Origin: Vitrella brassicaformis CCMP3155 | Lineage: Eukaryota > Protista > Chromerida | Reading direction: 5' to 3' | NCBI GenBank assembly: GCA_001179505.1 | Contig: CDMY01000789.1 | Location: 1 to 20,097, forward strand | DNA: 20,097 bases | In this document: in pieces, positions 18,409 through 20,097 of the stretch | Position numbering within the stretch: position 1 is the stretch's first letter | How the letters are laid out: every line of letters starts with the position of its first letter | Notes under the pieces: generated by a model | The model's input: the letters and a program-made list of their open reading frames with translations, nothing else | Told to the model about the DNA's origin: nothing | The model's database searches: none | Made by a program: the position numbers and the translations under genes

Positions 18409-20097
18409 ATGCTGACCCGCACGCAGGTAAGGACAATTAAGGGGAAACGACCGCATTGGGTGGTGGGGGCGCCGTCTCATCCTTTGTCACCACATGAGGA
18501 GGCCATTCACGGGCCCATTTCATGCCTGCCTGTAGCCATATCGAGGCTGCCTACATGCCCTCATTGTCGCTGCAGGCTGCCGCCAAAAAGGAGTTGGAGA
18601 GAGAGGCCCAGGAGGCAGCTCGACTTGCTGCAGCGGCCGCATCCACCGGGACCATCCGCCTCTATGACCTCCACCCCTTCGGCAGTGGCGAAGACGACAA
18701 GCGCCTCAACAAGGCCACTCCGAAGCGACACAAAAAGAAGACGTCAGGCCCCACGAAAGACCAAAGGGATGGAAAGACGGGCGCTGACAACCACAGACCC
18801 GCAGGGGCAGCCGCACGGCAGCCCGCTGCGAGGACGGGCCGGGCGAGGGGCAAGGGGAGTCGGGAGACGGGGGATGTCCGGATGGCCGATGGGGAGGGCG
18901 AGGATGTCGATATGATGGCTGAGGGAGAGAACGACATGCTGTCAACGCAGGCCAAGAAGCCCGCCCGCCATGCAGCCGCCCAGCAGCGTCGGGCTCTCAA
19001 GGCCAAGGTGGAGGAGCCTGACATCTACGAGGCAGCCGTCATCGACCGAGACGAGGACGAGGAGCCCCTCCACAAGAGAAGGAAAAACAAAAACTCCGCC
19101 GCCCGCACCGCCAGCCGTGATGCGCACGGAGACGTGGACATGGACGTCGGGGAGGGGATGGGCGAAGGGATGGCCATCAGGACGGCTGTGGAGAGGGGCG
19201 TTTGTGAGGCTGTCGATGCTCTGCTGAAGGGCCGACCGCAGCTGGCCGGCCAAGGCCTGCTTCACGCCCTCGCTGAGGCCAAGACCGTCTCCGACGAAAA
19301 CAAGGTGCGCATCGCTGAGTCACTGCTGTCCGCCGACCCGTCCCTGGCCACCGAGACCGACTCCAACCTCCAGACGGCCCTCCACCGTTTCTGTGAGCTG
19401 CCACTGAAGGACCCCAAGCGGCAGGAGCAGCTGCTCGACCTGCTGCACGCCAAGGGAGGACCCGCCCTCATCCGCACTCAGGACGCCGAGGGCTGGCGGC
19501 CCCTGCACGTCGCAGCAGCGTCCCACCGCGGCCATCATGCGAGCGGGACTGCGACTATCAAATGGTTTTGTCGCCATGGGGCCAAAGTGCACGTCAACGA
19601 GGCGGTGAGCGTGGACGGAGGGGAGGCCCACCTGAGGCCATTGTCCATCGCGGCGTTGCATCCGGCCATTCCACTAGATCGTCTGCGAGAATTGATTGGG
19701 GAGGGCGGCATGGGCAGCATCTTGCCAGCGCAGGGTGATGCCGGTGGCCAACAGCCGGCTGCAGGGGGGAAGAGGAAGCGCCTGTCGCCGGCAGAGGCGG
19801 CCATGGAGACAGCGGCCAAAAGAATCGAACAGGTGCGTCAGTCAGTGAGGAGGAAACGTTAATGCTCATATGGTACTGACTTTTGTGGCTGGCTGGCGGG
19901 TACTTGTCAGGCGACTCGTGCAGCCAGGAGCAAAGAGGAGGCTGCGAGGACCCGTGAGGACAAGAAGGACACGAAGGAGGCCGAGGCCGCGGCGGAGCGG
20001 ATGCGTCGAAGGCAGGTGCGTCGTGAGGTGGAGAATGTAGTCAACGACGCCCTGCGGCCGGTCCGCTGGCTCAAGGGCAAGGACGCCGCCTTCCACT
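18409..20097 (+). CDS. Ankyrin-repeat-containing protein with charged low-complexity N-terminus; 3'-partial
   Basis: Exons 18409-18426 (MLTRTQ), 18576-19832, 19911->20097, all phase 0 and GT-AG. Ankyrin-like units: ETDSNLQTALHRFC, TQDAEGWRPLHVAAAS, EAHLRPLSIAALHP. Lys/Arg-rich NLS-like segments (PKRHKKK, HKRRKNK, GGKRKR). A likely 5'UTR intron lies at 18292-18407 (gtgagt...ctgacag). The frame is still open at the window end. Confidence 0.82.

Overview
Eukaryotic, intron-rich genomic DNA. Coding exons are GC3-rich and the introns are about 70-200 nt and full of microsatellites. The style suggests a chromerid alveolate such as Vitrella brassicaformis (inference only). Gene models spliced by hand, with every junction phase checked: (1) a damaged 3' fragment of an unknown gene at the window start; (2) an 11-exon VPS9-domain Rab5 GEF (-); (3) a 2-exon Prp2/DHX16 DEAH-box splicing helicase (+); (4,5) a head-to-head pair of paralogous unknown proteins sharing a YLAHCW..D..CPIKIWHEHL domain; (6) a 4-exon stand-alone MATH-domain protein with a bipartite plastid-type presequence (+); (7) an unknown gene (-) interrupted by a 300-N gap and a 604-bp tandem duplication, whose 3' end is an inverted copy of the first ~0.8 kb of the window; (8) an ankyrin-repeat gene (+) running off the window end. 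Most notable signals: introns polarised with CA-type repeats at the 5' side and complementary TG-type repeats at the 3' side; a near-identical 69-nt patch and a 1-nt intron shift between the otherwise diverged paralogs; and the apparently plastid-targeted MATH protein. No rRNA, tRNA, CRISPR array or transposase was recognised. Most short ORFs in the six-frame track are microsatellite or antisense artefacts.
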